A DNA stretch of 64,000 nucleotides. Origin: Octopus vulgaris. Its lineage: Eukaryota. A model generated the notes under the pieces. That model did no database searches. It saw only the letters and a program-made list of their open reading frames with translations, and had not been told where the DNA came from. The DNA is taken from assembly GCA_951406725.2 (NCBI GenBank), contig OX597831.1:34534001-34598000 (forward strand), given 5' to 3'. A program made the position numbers and the translations under genes. Shown in pieces: positions 1 through 12,903 of this stretch (position 1 is the first letter of the stretch; each line of letters begins with the position of its first letter).

Positions 1-1719
1 ATTTTATATAACAACGCTGCATATTTTGCATGATGGAGTGATGCTCGAGTACTTTGGGAAACACGGATGCAAACATTGTATAAGAAACAAGCCAATAAGA
101 TTCGGATATAAGATTTGGTGCCAAGATTCCTCTACTTGATATCTAATTGTCTTTGATCTCTAACAGGGAAAAACATACCAAAGGAATGAGTCAGATGAAA
201 CGAATTATGGCAAATGTGCTGCATCAGTATTGCATCATCTTGAGTAATATCGAGACAAAAAGAGAATTACCTTATCCTATATATATGGACAATCTATTTA
301 TCTTTATTTGAAAGATTGGTCAGTTTGGGTTATAATGCTGCTGGAACTGTAAGAAGAAATCGGCTTTGAAAACAGTGTCCGCTATTGTCGGTCACTCGTG
401 TTAAAAAGCAAGAACAGGAATATTTGGAGGCATATTCAATTGAAAATAAACAAGAAAAGACGACACTCAATATTATTCAATGGCTAGATGATGCTGCTGT
501 AACACTGGTGTCAACCCATAATAGTGATCAACCAAAAGAATTTGTTAACAAGTGGAGCGCATCTCAAAGAAAAAAGAGAGTAAATGTGTCTATTCCCAAC
601 GCAATCGAAAGCTACAATATTTTTTATCGGCGGCGCTGAGCTTATCAGTCAGAACATAAATGTGTATAGTGCGAGTAAATGTGGGGAAAAGAGAGGGCTT
701 AGCACTTTTACTTGATTGCTAGATGCTGCTGTTCAAAATGCTTGGCAAATTCATAAAACATGTGGATCAAGTATGAATCAGCTTGAGTTTAAGCAGGAGA
801 TAGTTATGTCCCATTTGAAAAGATTTCAATGTAAGCCCAAAGGACGTGGAAGAAAACCAAGCGGACTGCCTGGGGGAATCGATATGCGTTTCGAGGGTCA
901 AGATCATTTGGTTGCAAAAATCCCTAATGGTAAAAGACGAAGATGTATGGAAGATAACTGTGTGGTTAGATCTTTAATGCAAGTGCAACATAGGACTATG
1001 CTTGTCATGTTTTGCATTATACCACACGAAATAAGCTAATGTTGGTATAAAAACAATGACTTATATATAATGAACTCCGTGGTTAGAGCGTCGAGCTTAC
1101 GATCGTGAGGTTGTGAGCTCGAATCCCGGACCGGGCTGCGTGTTGTGTTCTTGAGCAAGACACTTTACTTCAAGTTGCTCCAGTTCACTCAGCTGTAGAA
1201 ATGAGTTGCGATGTCACTGGTGCCAAGCTGTATCGACCTTTGTCTTTCCCTTGGATAACACTGGTGGCGTGGAGACGGGGAGGCTGGTATGCATGGGCGA
1301 CTGCTGGTCTTCCATAAACAACCTTGCCCGGACTTGTGTCTAGGAGGGTAACTTTCTAGGTGCAATCCCATGGTCATTCATGACCGAAGGGGGTCTTTAC
1401 TCCCTTTAGACAGTAGCTTGTAACTCTATGCTGTATGTACCTGTCGCCCTATGTGGAAGAGTGATAAAACAACGATTTGTGCCAAAGATATTGGTTTGTG
1501 ATCGTATTGTGAACATTTTGCTTTATTCGTTTATTCAATACAAAATGCTTAAATTGTACTCATATTCTACTAGGGTGTCATATATGGCACACACATTATT
1601 TCAAAAGCGAAAAACTTTTCTCGGTTATATTTTCTGTAAGGTGTCCGTGTAACATATAAAACATAACTATTAAGTTTCGTTCAAATTGGATAAAAAAAAA
1701 GAATTCAGGAGAATATGGG
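1..1719 (+). mobile_element. Decayed piggyBac-type DNA transposon (3' part), transposase pseudogene plus right end
   Basis: Bases ~32-121 translate [30 protein letters not shown] (piggyBac DE(S/A)M..YFG.H..KQFI..KPIRFG.K motif). Later fragments read YMDNLF, IIQWLDDAAVTLVSTH, LDAAVQNAWQ and a Cys-rich C-terminus, with many stops and frameshifts. It ends in ...GAATATGGG followed by TTAA (1720-1723). A subterminal inverted copy of the end (ctcatattctac) lies near 1559. Confidence 0.85.
1075..1400 (+). mobile_element. tRNA(Arg)-derived CORE-type SINE (octopus OR-like), nested in the piggyBac 3' region
   Basis: A box (gtggttagagcg), ACG anticodon loop, B box (gctcgaatcc), CORE-like ttgagcaagacactttac...cagctgtagaaatg. 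Near-identical copies at 9481-9785 (-) and 60039-60308 (+). The family name is from memory. Confidence 0.8.
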
Positions 1720-2309
1720 TTAATAAAACTAACTGGGGACATAGATCCTGTAAAAACCTGGTGTCAGTAGGAAAACGCATTTAAACAAAAGGGATTTTTG
1801 GAAAGTAGTGAAACAGTTGGAAACTGTTGTTCCATGTAATCGCTGAATATCCAAAAAATAGCAACGAATCTCCCTCAAATTACAAATGGAAGGACAGTTT
1901 GATTTATGCATTTCAACGTAAAGATTTCTACGTAAAGATCCTCTCCTAGTCATACAGACTCATAGAGACGGTTTCCCGGCATATATTCTCCATCTCCCGG
2001 GCGTGACACTGGTCCATCGAGGAATTACTCACTTTTGCCATCTGATTGAAACAACGTGAAATGAAATGATTTACTCAAGAGCAGAACGAATTATCCGGTC
2101 AAGGAATCGAAACCTCAATCTTACGGTCATGCACCTCCACGCACTGACACCCAGAATGTCTTTGGAACAGGACTGCTCGGTCAGTGCTTACTTGGGCTTA
2201 ACAACAAAAGCCGACTAGTGAGTATTGAATATTCACAAAGATAGTAACAGCAGTCGGGCCACCGATATTAGTAGTCGTGGAGTGGAACGCAAACCACTGG
2301 TTGGTAACC

Positions 2310-2543
2310 TATTTCTTTACTACCCACAAAGGGCTAAACACAGAGAGGACAAACAAGGACAGACAAACGGATTAAGTCGATTATATCGACTCCAGTGCGT
2401 AACTGGTACTTAATTTATCGACACCGAAAGGATGAAAGGCAAAGTCGACCTCGGCGGAATTTGAACTCAGAACGTAACGGCAGACGAAATACGGCTACGC
2501 ATTTCGCCCGACGTGCTAACGTTTCTGTCAGCTCGCCGCCTTA
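2310..2543 (-). mobile_element. tRNA-derived SINE with Meta-like domain (family B), monomer with TSD
   Basis: Reverse complement reads ggcggcgagctg..gttagcacg..gagttcaaattcc..gtcgactttgcctttcatcctttcgg.gtcgataaa..gtaccag. It is flanked by a 12-bp direct repeat tggttggtaacc (2298-2309) / tggttgataacc (2546-2557). Confidence 0.85.
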
Positions 2544-2987
2544 ATTGGTTGATAACCATCGACACGGAGGCTTTCTTGTTGCTTCCCGAATAAATCAACT
2601 ATGACATCTTGAACTGCTACAGACTCACAAATTCAGGAGTCAAAAGTATTTGCTAAGCTCATATTCCTTTTTTTTTTTTGCCGAACCCAGAAGAAGGAAC
2701 AGTAAGTACGACTTCGGTGTGATTTGATCTGACCATGTAAAGAACGCATAACTAAACGCTGCAAAACAGCAGGGACAGAAAGAAGTCACTATATGGTCAC
2801 TTGACTTGCCAGAAATAGCAAGCAGATTTCCTTTAAATCATGCTTTACCGTCTTAAAAATTGAGATATTCATGATAAGCCTAGATAATATAGTATTATTT
2901 TGAAGTTTACTATGGGATATTCCTAAAGGTTTTTTCTATCACTGCTTTTCATAAATTAAATATATTCATTTATAAAATATAGACATT

Positions 2988-3307
2988 CTGGCATTCCGTC
3001 GGTTACGACGACGAGGGTTCCAGTTGATCCGATCAACAGAACAGCCTTCCCGTGAAATTAACGTGCAAGTGGCTTAGCACTCCCCAGACATGTGTACCCT
3101 TAACGTAGTTCTCAGGGAGGTTCAGCGAGATACAGAGTGTGACAGGGCTGGCGCTTTGAAATATAGGTATAACTCATTTTTGCCAACTGAGAGAACTGGA
3201 GCAAAGTGAAAAGTAAAGTGTCTTGCTCAAGGACACAACGCGTTGCCGGGAATTGAACTCACAACCTTATGATCGTGAGCCGAATACACTAACCACTAGG
3301 CCACGCG
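2988..3307 (-). mobile_element. tRNA(Arg)-derived CORE-type SINE, second tail type
   Basis: Same head and CORE as 1075-1400 but a different tail (...ggaaccctcgtcgtcgtaaccgacggaatgcc). A sister copy lies at 31193-31505 (+). Confidence 0.75.
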
Positions 3308-4186
3308 AAAGGATGAAATGTGAAGTCGACCTCGGTGGTATTTGAACTCAAAACGTAAAGACTAACGAAATAATCCAAACCACTTTTTCCAGCGTGCTTA
3401 ATAATTCAGTCAGTTCGCCTCCTTGGTTTACCCAAAGATACTGGCTTGATTTAGTTACAGCTGTCATCTATATACAATCTTAACATTTACTGCAAAAGAA
3501 CGAACGACAATATGAGTTACTTTCAACAATTCTTGTAGTTTCGTAGCGAGTGGTTGCCATACATTTATTGCCACCGAAAACCTGCGTAACGAACTCTTGT
3601 TACTAAGTGTAACCTTCTATTGCTACACTTATAAAAATCAGACCGATTCGTATATCTAATATATTTTCCGCTGTGAGATTCGATGCATAAACTACTGATG
3701 TGCTAGCAATGCTTATTTTTCAAGCTAAAGTCCACTGTGGGGGTATTTTAGCCATCACTGCATTCGTAAATTAAATAAATCCACGTCTGTCATATTTAAC
3801 GCTCTCATCTTGGATAGCACAAAAGGAACCGAGTCGACTATTCGTTTCAATTATTCTTGTAGATTTATCAGCGACTAGCTAGTTCGCTTTGCTATGCTAC
3901 ACTGAGTAAACATTTACGGAATTGATTTGCTTCTGGCACGTCTGAAAATGACAAATGCAGAGACACTCAGAAAAACTTGCAACACATAAATCTACGTGAA
4001 TGTGGTTTGTCAAATGTGACTCTCGAAATGTCCAGCATATATTGCGTAGCTACTATGCTTCGTACAATTGACGCATTCAAATGCATAGAAATAAATAACA
4101 TATGATGGATAATATAATAGAAGTAATGTAACATAAGGTAGAGAATAAAAAAACAATACATTATATATTTGCTTAATCACTCGTTG

Positions 4187-4257
4187 AGCAGAATAATGCA
4201 ATGGAAGCTGCTGGACTCATAAACCAGAGATCTATAGATGGAAACTACTCTTTGCGA
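4187..4257 (+). pseudogene. Decayed initiator tRNA-Met copy
   Basis: agcagaataatgcaatggaagc-tgctggactcataaaccagagatctatagatggaaactactctttgcga aligns end to end with metazoan tRNAi-Met (AGCAGAGTGGCGCAGCGGAAGCGTGCTGGGCCCATAACCCAGAGGTCGATGGATCGAAACCATCCTCTGCTA). The CAT anticodon is kept but the stems and A/B boxes are damaged. Confidence 0.7.
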
Positions 4258-4574
4258 AGAAAATAGATACTAATTTTGATACTTATATATCGCAACTGAG
4301 TTGTCAGCAAATATGCCAACGTAATATCTTCAGAGGGGGAAAAATATACCCTGCTATAATGAATCCAAAAACACATCCAAAGGTATATATTTTCCCTTCT
4401 GATGATATTATGCTCATATCATATAAATGTAACTTTAGCGTTTACTTAATATTTACTGAGTATTAATTGAAACAGCTGTAAGTGAAGATGATTAATTTGC
4501 TGCTAATAATAAACAATTATTAACTTTTCAATCCCCATTTTCTTTTTCTTCTTTCATATGCCTATCTATCTATC

Positions 4575-4640
<66 letters not shown>

Positions 4641-4645
<5 letters not shown>

Positions 4646-5263
4646 ATATTTCGGAATGGTCATATTGCAAGTTTAGCCAATAAAAACACACGCACTATAT
4701 ATTTGGTGTTATTTTGCTTCAGTGATATTTATTTTTTACTTTAATCTTAATCTTATTTCGGCCAGAGTTCTTTCGTCACACTCCTGTGACCGCATCAGTG
4801 GTCCTTTGTTTTCTTCTTTCTTATTTGTTTGTGTCTCTCCTTACTAACCGTCAGCCATTTTGATTATATATATATATCACATAATGTATAATGGTCATTA
4901 CATATTTTTCCTTCGGCTTACACCTGTTTCCAGTAGTAATTATAAGTTTGTTACTGAGTGGTTTCTCAATTGGCCTATTTATCAGTTGAGAAAGTTGAAT
5001 CACCTAAAATATTAATGCTACTTTCGTCAAAGCCATTTATGTCTTGTCTCTTTAGAGGATAGACGACATCCATAGCGGTTACAGTCTTCCTCTGTAGCGC
5101 AACCACGGATTTATAAGATAGAATGATGAACTGTAACCTCGGATCCTGCCATAAGAATACTCGAAGTTCTTTACTAATCTAAACAATATTGTTAGCCTGA
5201 TGTACCAATAGACAGTGTATGAAGTATTTTGCCCGGATTAATAATTCTTCACCAATAATTCTG

Positions 5264-5264
<1 letters not shown>
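4641..5264 (-). mobile_element. (TA)n-flanked non-coding element with a hammerhead-like motif (Penelope pLTR-like)
   Basis: Bounded by (TA)n arrays on both sides. The minus strand at 4760-4804 reads cca-CTGATGC-g-gtcac/gtgac-GAAA-gaac-TC-tgg. Its right end is homologous to the TA-flanked segment 33407-33478. Confidence 0.5.
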
Positions 5265-5326
<62 letters not shown>

Positions 5327-5329
<3 letters not shown>

Positions 5330-5513
5330 GGTTGGCTAAAAGTCACTCGACAGTAAATAAAAATTCTACAAATATTTAATATTCAATTTTATTTATTCAT
5401 TTAGGAAAATGTGTCACTCAAAGACTCAATTTGAACAATTTTCATGATGTTTCATATTTAGATGCTTTTATAAAATTTTTGATTTATTGTCAGGTGACTT
5501 TTGGCCAACCCTG
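5327..5513. mobile_element. Tc1/mariner-type MITE
   Basis: ~26-bp TIRs cagggttggctaaaagtcactcgaca / tgtcaggtgacttttggccaaccctg, TA on both sides, inserted in a (TA)n array. Confidence 0.8.
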
Positions 5514-5521
5514 TACATATA

Positions 5522-5648
<127 letters not shown>

Positions 5649-5851
5649 GGGTATGAATAGAAATTTATACAGGGTCAAGAAGTCACCAACTATCCGAGTT
5701 ACACCAAAAGTCCATGTTGCGTTGTGGTCGGAGACCAGAAAAATAAGACTTTCCCCCTCAATATATTGGGTTGGTTACTCTAAATTTTGCTGCCCCTGCG
5801 AAATTACATTTACAGTTGTGCCTAAATCAAGCCAGTATCTTTGGGCAAACC

Positions 5852-6060
5852 AAGGAGGCAAACTGGCGGAATCATTAGATGTTTTGGGTCATTTCGTCCG
5901 TCTTTACGTTCTGAGTTCAAATACCGCCGATATCAACTTTGCCTTTCATTCTTTCGGGGTCGATAAAATAAGCTCCAGCTGAGCACTGGGATCGATGTAA
6001 TTGACTTAGACCCTTCTTTGAAACTGCTGGCATTGCGCAAAAATTTGTAGCCAATATCTT
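5852..6060 (+). mobile_element. Family B (Meta-like) SINE, diverged
   Basis: aggaggcaaactggcggaatc...gagttcaaatacc...gcctttcattctttcggggtcgataaa. Confidence 0.7.
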
Positions 6061-7077
6061 TGGGTACGCTCCATAGTAAAATTCAGGATGAAAAAGAAAG
6101 ACTTCTGGCGAGTTTAGTAATTTGCGTAAGATAGCATTGCGTAAATGATACCCAAAAATAAAAATAATGATAATAATAATAATACTAATAAAAGGATTGG
6201 GTGGTCATCACCAGAAAGTTTTTAATCAAAAGTTTGCTGAATCGACGCTGTCCCGGGGCTAAACAACAACAACACTAATAATAACAAAAACAACAACTGC
6301 AGCAACGTTAACAACTGCAACGCTTTTATGTCCAGGTCGCTACCTTTTCTTCCCCTTCCATCAACATTTTATATTGAATATTATATTAATACATACTCGA
6401 TCCCTGCTTCCCTTTACATGAATATTAATCCACCCCAAAGCGAATCAATAGCGGTATATATTTCAGCAATATTATTAGATATGAGAGCGACTTCTATTGT
6501 ATGGATGATAAATGTCGCTAAGAAAAATCAATTTCCAAAGTCAATATATAACATTTCTCAGAACGTCTTACCTTAACCATCGCAAATATGCTTACTTAAA
6601 CTTCGTCTTCTTTTCCTTTTTCTTCTGTTTTTCTTTGTGTTTCTTTTTCTTTCTTTCTTCCTCTTTCCACATCAGAAAGATTCATAGAGCTTGTGCTTAT
6701 TTCCGGTTTCTGTAGTATTCAACAGATGAAGGCCAATACTCCACCGCAGCCGTTACCATCGTCACAGCCACCACTGCTACCGCAATCTCAGCCGCGCATA
6801 TATAATTGATGTTCGATGACATGCAGTAAATCTAAACGAGTGTGTGTGTAACAGAACTGAGCGCGGTGGCAGGCTAACAAAATACTTAGTGAAGCAAGTG
6901 CTAACAAACTTAATGTGGTGAACACAGTAACTTTAATTAACCGATATTATCAGCATCACCACGAAAGACGCGTGGCCGAGTGGTTAGGATGTTTGGCTCA
7001 TGTTCTGTAAACCATAAGTTCGATTCTCGATCCGACAACAAAGTACTTCATTTTTATGTTTCTCCAGTCCAAGCAGC

Positions 7078-7428
7078 TTAACCTCGTAACACACATCTTC
7101 TTTCTCAATTTCCATGCAAAAAATATATTTTTTAATTATTTATTTTGAACCCGTATATAAGGATGAATAAGTACACAAATTATTTTGGATCAATTGTAAT
7201 TTATTGTGAAGTTACTGGTAGTTCATGACAGTTATTGATAGTTAATGATAGGAAACGGGAATAACATCTTGAACGAAGTATTTCGGGTTAGGTATTAGTG
7301 ACAGATACCTCAGTTTACAGTGAACATATATTTTCATTCAAATATATATTTACTAGACATCTCTGAACGAAAATATAAGGGACAATGTTACGAGGTTAAA
7401 ATGATTACTGGCGACAACTGAGGGTTAA
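7078..7428. mobile_element. TTAA-flanked piggyBac-like non-autonomous element
   Basis: TTAA-cctcgtaaca (7078-7091) and the inverted tgttacgagg-TTAA (7386-7399), then a further ...actgaggg-TTAA end at 7417-7428. Confidence 0.55.
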
Positions 7429-7602
7429 TCCTGTAATGGACTAATGTGCTGCTCAGGGAAACGGGAGAGACTATTGGTCTCTTAGTCACTTAATCACAAC
7501 AGCAATTTCATTAAGCTCCGATCTAATTCTCTTGACATGTTAGATTTATACTAGAATCAGGACAACGAATTGACAAAATTGTCTGAACTCCGGATAAAAC
7601 CT

Positions 7603-7815
7603 TGTGTTGAGTCAAAAGTTTTGCAATATTTTGGAAATGTATTTTCTTTATTCGTCAAATTACAACAAAAACAACCTAGCATTCAAAGGGAAGGCCATGG
7701 TGTTGCCCCATCTGGAGCCACTTTTCTGCCAGTTCTTTGATCCCATGCTGATACCAGTTCTTGTCCTATGAAGCTAAGAATTCCTTCCTTGAAGCTTCCA
7801 CTTCTTGGTTGATGA
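7603..7815 (-). mobile_element. Mariner 3' remnant (transposase C-terminus plus TIR) interrupting a family B SINE
   Basis: Minus strand translates NQEVEASRKEFLAS*DKNWYQHGIKELAEKWLQMGQHHGLPFEC*, a typical mariner C-terminus. SINE halves lie at ~7560-7602 and ~7816-7920. Confidence 0.7.
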
Positions 7816-7934
7816 AGCGTCGCTTTGGCTCTCTGCACTCTGAGTTCAAATCCCACCGAAGGTAACTTTACCTTCCATTCTTACAAAGTCGATAAACAAA
7901 GAACCAGTTCAATGCTCGTGTTGAGGCTTCCCTA

Positions 7935-8260
7935 TCCCACTCTCTCTTTTTCTCCCTCTCTCTCTCCCTCTTTTCCTCTCTCTCTTCCTCTCTCTCTCTC
8001 TCTCTCTAGCTCTCTTTCTCTCCTCTCTTTCCCATCTTTCTTTGCCTGTCTCCCTCACTCCTTCTCTCTCCCTCTTCTATCCTCTCTCTCGTTCTCTCCG
8101 TTTGTCTCCCACACTCTTCCTCTCTCTTCCTTCTCTTTCCCTCTCTTTCTCCCCCTCTCCCTCCTCTCTTTCTCTCCATTTATTTTTCTCCTTCATCTCT
8201 CACCCCTTCTCCCCTCCTTCTCTCAGCCTCCCTTTCTCTCAGCCCCTCTCTCACTTTCAA
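7935..8260. repeat. CT-rich low-complexity tract
   Basis: Degenerate (CT)n polypyrimidine. Confidence 0.9.
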
Positions 8261-8639
8261 TTGATTTTAGCTGTAATTCAAAGTTTAAACCGCGTCACAT
8301 TGTTTCACCCTGGTTCCACGCGAGAATTGGCGTTAAGGATTCAAAACATACCAGAAAATTATTCAATCCCCTTATACAATAATTTCCCGTGTAAGAAATC
8401 AGCTGGACGAACGAATAGATGCTCAGCGTCCACAGCGACGGAGAATCCATCACATCTGCATATAAAATATGTTTGGGTGTGTGCGTGTATGTGCGTGTGT
8501 GTGTCTGTGTATGTGTGTATGTGTGTGTGTGTGTGTTTGTGTCTGTGTTTGTTCCTCACTACCGCATGACAACCGGTGTTGATGTGTTTACGTCCCTGTA
8601 ACTTAGCAGATCGGCCAGAGGAGATCTAAAGAATGCACA

Positions 8640-9470
8640 CCGATTAATGAACGGTGACAGGTCTACTAGTCCCTGAGCAAAAAGATTATGTGTAAGGGAG
8701 GTAAGTAGATCCAGATTTGGTGCAATTAGGGTAGATATAGATCTGTAATGTGAATGATGTATGGGATGTGTGGGGGTTAATGGTATTAATTGAAAGGTTA
8801 GTAGTGTTCTGTCGTATGTTATGTGTTCATATTAAGTTAGGGTATATATTTATTGATGAAAGTTACCTCTTTATTCAATCATTGTCGTACTAAGGTGTTT
8901 TGTGAACATTGATAGAAAGACGAAATTAGGAAATTAGGCTTATGATTCCTAGCACACTTGATTCTGTTGTTAATGGATATAGTCTTGCGCTGGTTAATAC
9001 TTTTTTCAGTGACTTAGGTTGCATCTTGCTTTTGATAATTTTGCATGAGCTTAAAATTTTGTTCATTGTTTTATCTCCTGTGAGGATGTGAAGATTTTGG
9101 GCGATAATGTTGAAGGCTTCGTTGTTTCTAGGGTTATGTGTGGAGATGTACGGGAGTATTTTTAAGTCTGATTTAGTATTACAGTTGGTTTCCCTTAATG
9201 TTCGTATATCTATTTCCATAGCTCGTTTAATGCCATCATATATTAATGATATTGGGTAATGTCTTTTGAGTAGTATTGATCTAAGTTCAAGAAGTCTTCG
9301 TTCCCGAGTATAGGTGTCCGAAACTATGGTACATATTCTTTTCGCTAGATTACAAGGTATATTAATTTTTACGTGCTTGGGGTGGCATGAGTTGAATAAT
9401 AGGTATTGTTTAGAATCCGTGGGTTTATAAAAGATACCTTTTTCGATGTGGTTATTGACTATGTTAATTT
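8640..9470 (-). mobile_element. Penelope-like retroelement fragment (RT thumb/linker plus 3' region)
   Basis: Minus strand reads ..IFYKPTDSKQYLLFNSCHPKHVKINIPCNLAKRICTIVSD..LLKRHYP..LPYISTHNPRN..IIKSKMQPKSLKKVLTSARL, characteristic of the PLE RT C-terminal region. The GIY-YIG domain is absent. Confidence 0.85.
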
Positions 9471-9480
9471 ATATATGCTG

Positions 9481-9942
<462 letters not shown>

Positions 9943-10149
9943 GTGAAATAGAAAGATGAATAATCTTGTAGTAGATTAATCAAAAGTTTAACCGATACCT
10001 TAGTAGCAAAAATCACAGCAGTAAAACAGCACGGCTGGAGGTACAACCATATGGTGTTGCAACCGTGCGTTGGTGCGGATAATTGAAATTAGAACATTAT
10101 TGGTGAATTGAAGAAATGGAGCTGAACGCAGATTGAACAGAAATCGTTT

Positions 10150-10243
10150 TATTTCATTCTACACGTGTTTCGAAAGGCACAAATTACCAAAATCCGATGG
10201 AATAATGGGACCATATTGTGTCTTTCTCTTCAGGAAGAAAATA
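10150..10243 (-). ncRNA. Type I hammerhead ribozyme motif (left arm)
   Basis: Mirror of 10390-10482: CUGAAGA, stem II gaaagacacaa/uugugccuuuc, GAAAC-ACGU-GUA, stem I. Confidence 0.7.
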
Positions 10244-10389
10244 AAATCCGTTGGAAAAACAAAAACAGAACAGAGGCGGAGCAAAAACAAATCGAACTAT
10301 GCTCCTAAGAGCCCATGGGCTCTTAGGAGCATAGTTCGATTTGTTTTTGCTCCGCTTCTGTTCTGTTTTTGTTTTTCCAACGGATTTCC

Positions 10390-10482
10390 TATTTTCTTCC
10401 TGAAGAGAAAGACACAATATGGTCCCATTATTCCATCGGATTTTGGTAATTTGTGCCTTCGAAACACGTGTAGAATGAAATA
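10390..10482 (+). ncRNA. Type I hammerhead ribozyme motif (right arm)
   Basis: Stem I tattttcttc/gaatgaaata, core CTGAAGA 10400-10406, stem II gaaagacacaa..ttgtgccttc, GAAAC 10461-10465, palindromic ACGT loop, GUA triplet 10470-10472. Confidence 0.7.
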
Positions 10483-10537
10483 AAACGATTTCTGTTCAAT
10501 CTGCGTTCAGCTCCATTTCTTCAATTCACCAATAATG

Positions 10538-10582
<45 letters not shown>

Positions 10583-11007
10583 TAATCAATATAGGGTGGC
10601 AAAAAATTTCGTAGAATTTATTTGCCACCAGCGGCCTAGTGGGAAAAAATTAAATAGTCATAGACCATTTATAAGTTCAACATCACAATCAAGGAATGGC
10701 CATAATAGGCCATTCACCCACTAGAAATAACACCCAAAGCTTCAACCGCAAAATAACATTAATTCCGCAAACCAGGAGAAAATTAAAAAAACATTTTACC
10801 CTGTAATTTCTTATACGATGCACCGTTTCATCTATTGTTTAATGGTAAACTAACCTGATTAAATTAAATCAAGCCAATCTTCCATAGGCCGATAGATTCG
10901 TCAGTAAGAAACAGCCAGATCCGAGCAGATATTATCACGAGGCACCTCTATCCCTGCCTCGGCAATATCTGACCTAAAATTTTCAAATCATCGCACTCGC
11001 ATATATA

Positions 11008-11262
11008 TATTTTAAAAATATAAGTTTATGAAAGAATGGAGTTGAACGACTTGTTAACAAATTTCCTTTATTTTCGACATATGTTTCGAAGGCTGCATAT
11101 TCCTAATTCCGAAGGAATAAGGAGTACATTATGCAGATTTATGTACTCCTTATTCCTTCGGAATTAGGAATATGCAGCCTTCGAAACATATTTCGAAAAT
11201 AAAGGAAATTTGTTAACAAGTCGTTCAACTCCATTCTTTCATAAACTTATATTTTTAAAATA
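11008..11262. repeat. 122-bp-arm palindrome with 11-nt loop in a (TA)n-flanked element (~10580-11416)
   Basis: Arms 11008-11129 and 11141-11262 with one mismatch. They carry a half hammerhead (ccttcGAAAC-ATAT-GTC) and share atggag.tgaacg with the 10093 palindrome. Confidence 0.95.
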
Positions 11263-11430
11263 AACATACAAATTTCCGCACGAAAGCACGTAGTCTATGC
11301 CCTAGGGACGTAACTTCAACCGTGCTAGCCAGATAACGGAAGAGATGGTGTTGTGGATTTCCACTTCGGCATCTGAAACTCAGAGTTTTATCTTGACTAT
11401 CGAATAATGTAACATATTATTTGTATAGAT

Positions 11431-11465
<35 letters not shown>

Positions 11466-11561
11466 CTATATATTTTCAATATATATATAATATAAATAAT
11501 ATATATATAATATATAATATATATATATATGTATATATATACTATGTATATAATATATAAA

Positions 11562-11593
<32 letters not shown>

Positions 11594-11805
11594 GACATAA
11601 TACAAATACACATTAGAAATGGAAACCAAAGCAATAAATTGAATAATACTTAAATAATTTAATTATTAAATGATTAATTCGAGAGTGGCTGTGTGTTAAG
11701 TGTGATACGTATAGGCGTAGGAATTGCTGTGTGGTAAGAAGCTTGCTTACCAACCACATGGTTCCGGGTTCAGTCACACATTTCAGAAGAAATGCCGCCT
11801 ACATA

Positions 11806-11896
<91 letters not shown>

Positions 11897-12507
11897 TATA
11901 TACACACACACACACATATACATGTATATATATATATATACACATATATGCGTGTGCGTGCGCATGTCTGTGAGTGTGTGTGTCTGTGTATGTGTATACA
12001 TACACGGACAGAAAAAAACTATATTTCCTTGTCCTTCAGCATTAGATTCGATATTTTAATCTAGACATATTACCGATGCAATTTCTCATGTGTATATGAT
12101 ATATTATGTTCTTTATTAATATTACATCTTGATTTACTTCTTTCGTCCTCTCCTACAAACCTCAATCCAATAGTCCACCAATCTTTCGGGTTTTGCGAAC
12201 CATGTTTTCTTTTTTCTTTCTCTACCGCTTTTAACAACTGGTCCCAATCGGTTGATTAGTCTTACATCACTTTTGCTTTTTGCTAAAGACACTCTTATTC
12301 AGCGTAAAAATTTAATTCCTATTAATGGCGTAACGTTGCTCCTCCTAATATAAATTCGCCTAACCTCACGACTACGATTAATATCAGATCAATGACATGA
12401 ACCTTTTGTTGTTTCGTTATTTCACTGTAGAATATTTTTAATTAGTTGAACGTACTTCATTAGTTTTTCAACACCCATTCATTACATAATAATAATAATA
12501 ATAATAG

Positions 12508-12903
12508 TCCCTTCTTCTAAAGGCACAATGCTTGAAATTTTGGGGAAGGGTACCAGTCGATTACATCGCCCCAGTGTGTCACTGGTATTTAATTTATCGA
12601 CCCCGAAAGGATGAAAGGCAAAGTCAACCTCGGCGGAATTTGATCTCAGAACCTAGCAACGGACGAAATACCTATTTCTTTACTACCCACAAGGGGCTAA
12701 ACACAGATAGGACAAACAAGGACAGACAAACGGATTAAGTCGATTATATCGACCCCAGTGTGTAACTAGTACTTATTTAATCGACCCCGAAAGGATGAAA
12801 GGCAAAGACGACCTCGGCTGAATTTGAACTCAGAACGTAACGGCAGGCGAAATACGGCTACGCATTTCGCCCGGTGTGCTAACAATTCTGCCGGTTCTCC
12901 GCC

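Larger units (their letters stand above)
10093..10539. repeat. 447-bp zero-spacer palindrome inside a (TA)n-flanked element (9939-10539)
   Basis: Centre gccca|tgggc at 10315/10316. Arms of 223 and 224 bp differ only by one substitution and two small indels, by eye. Confidence 0.95.

Noticed and set aside
1075-1140. tRNA-Arg gene (also 31193 and 63905)
   Set aside because: No acceptor stem; each continues into a SINE body found in multiple copies.
10133-10483. Mirror-image ORFs on both strands (also 46250 and 46576)
   Set aside because: A trivial consequence of the palindrome; no protein similarity recognised.
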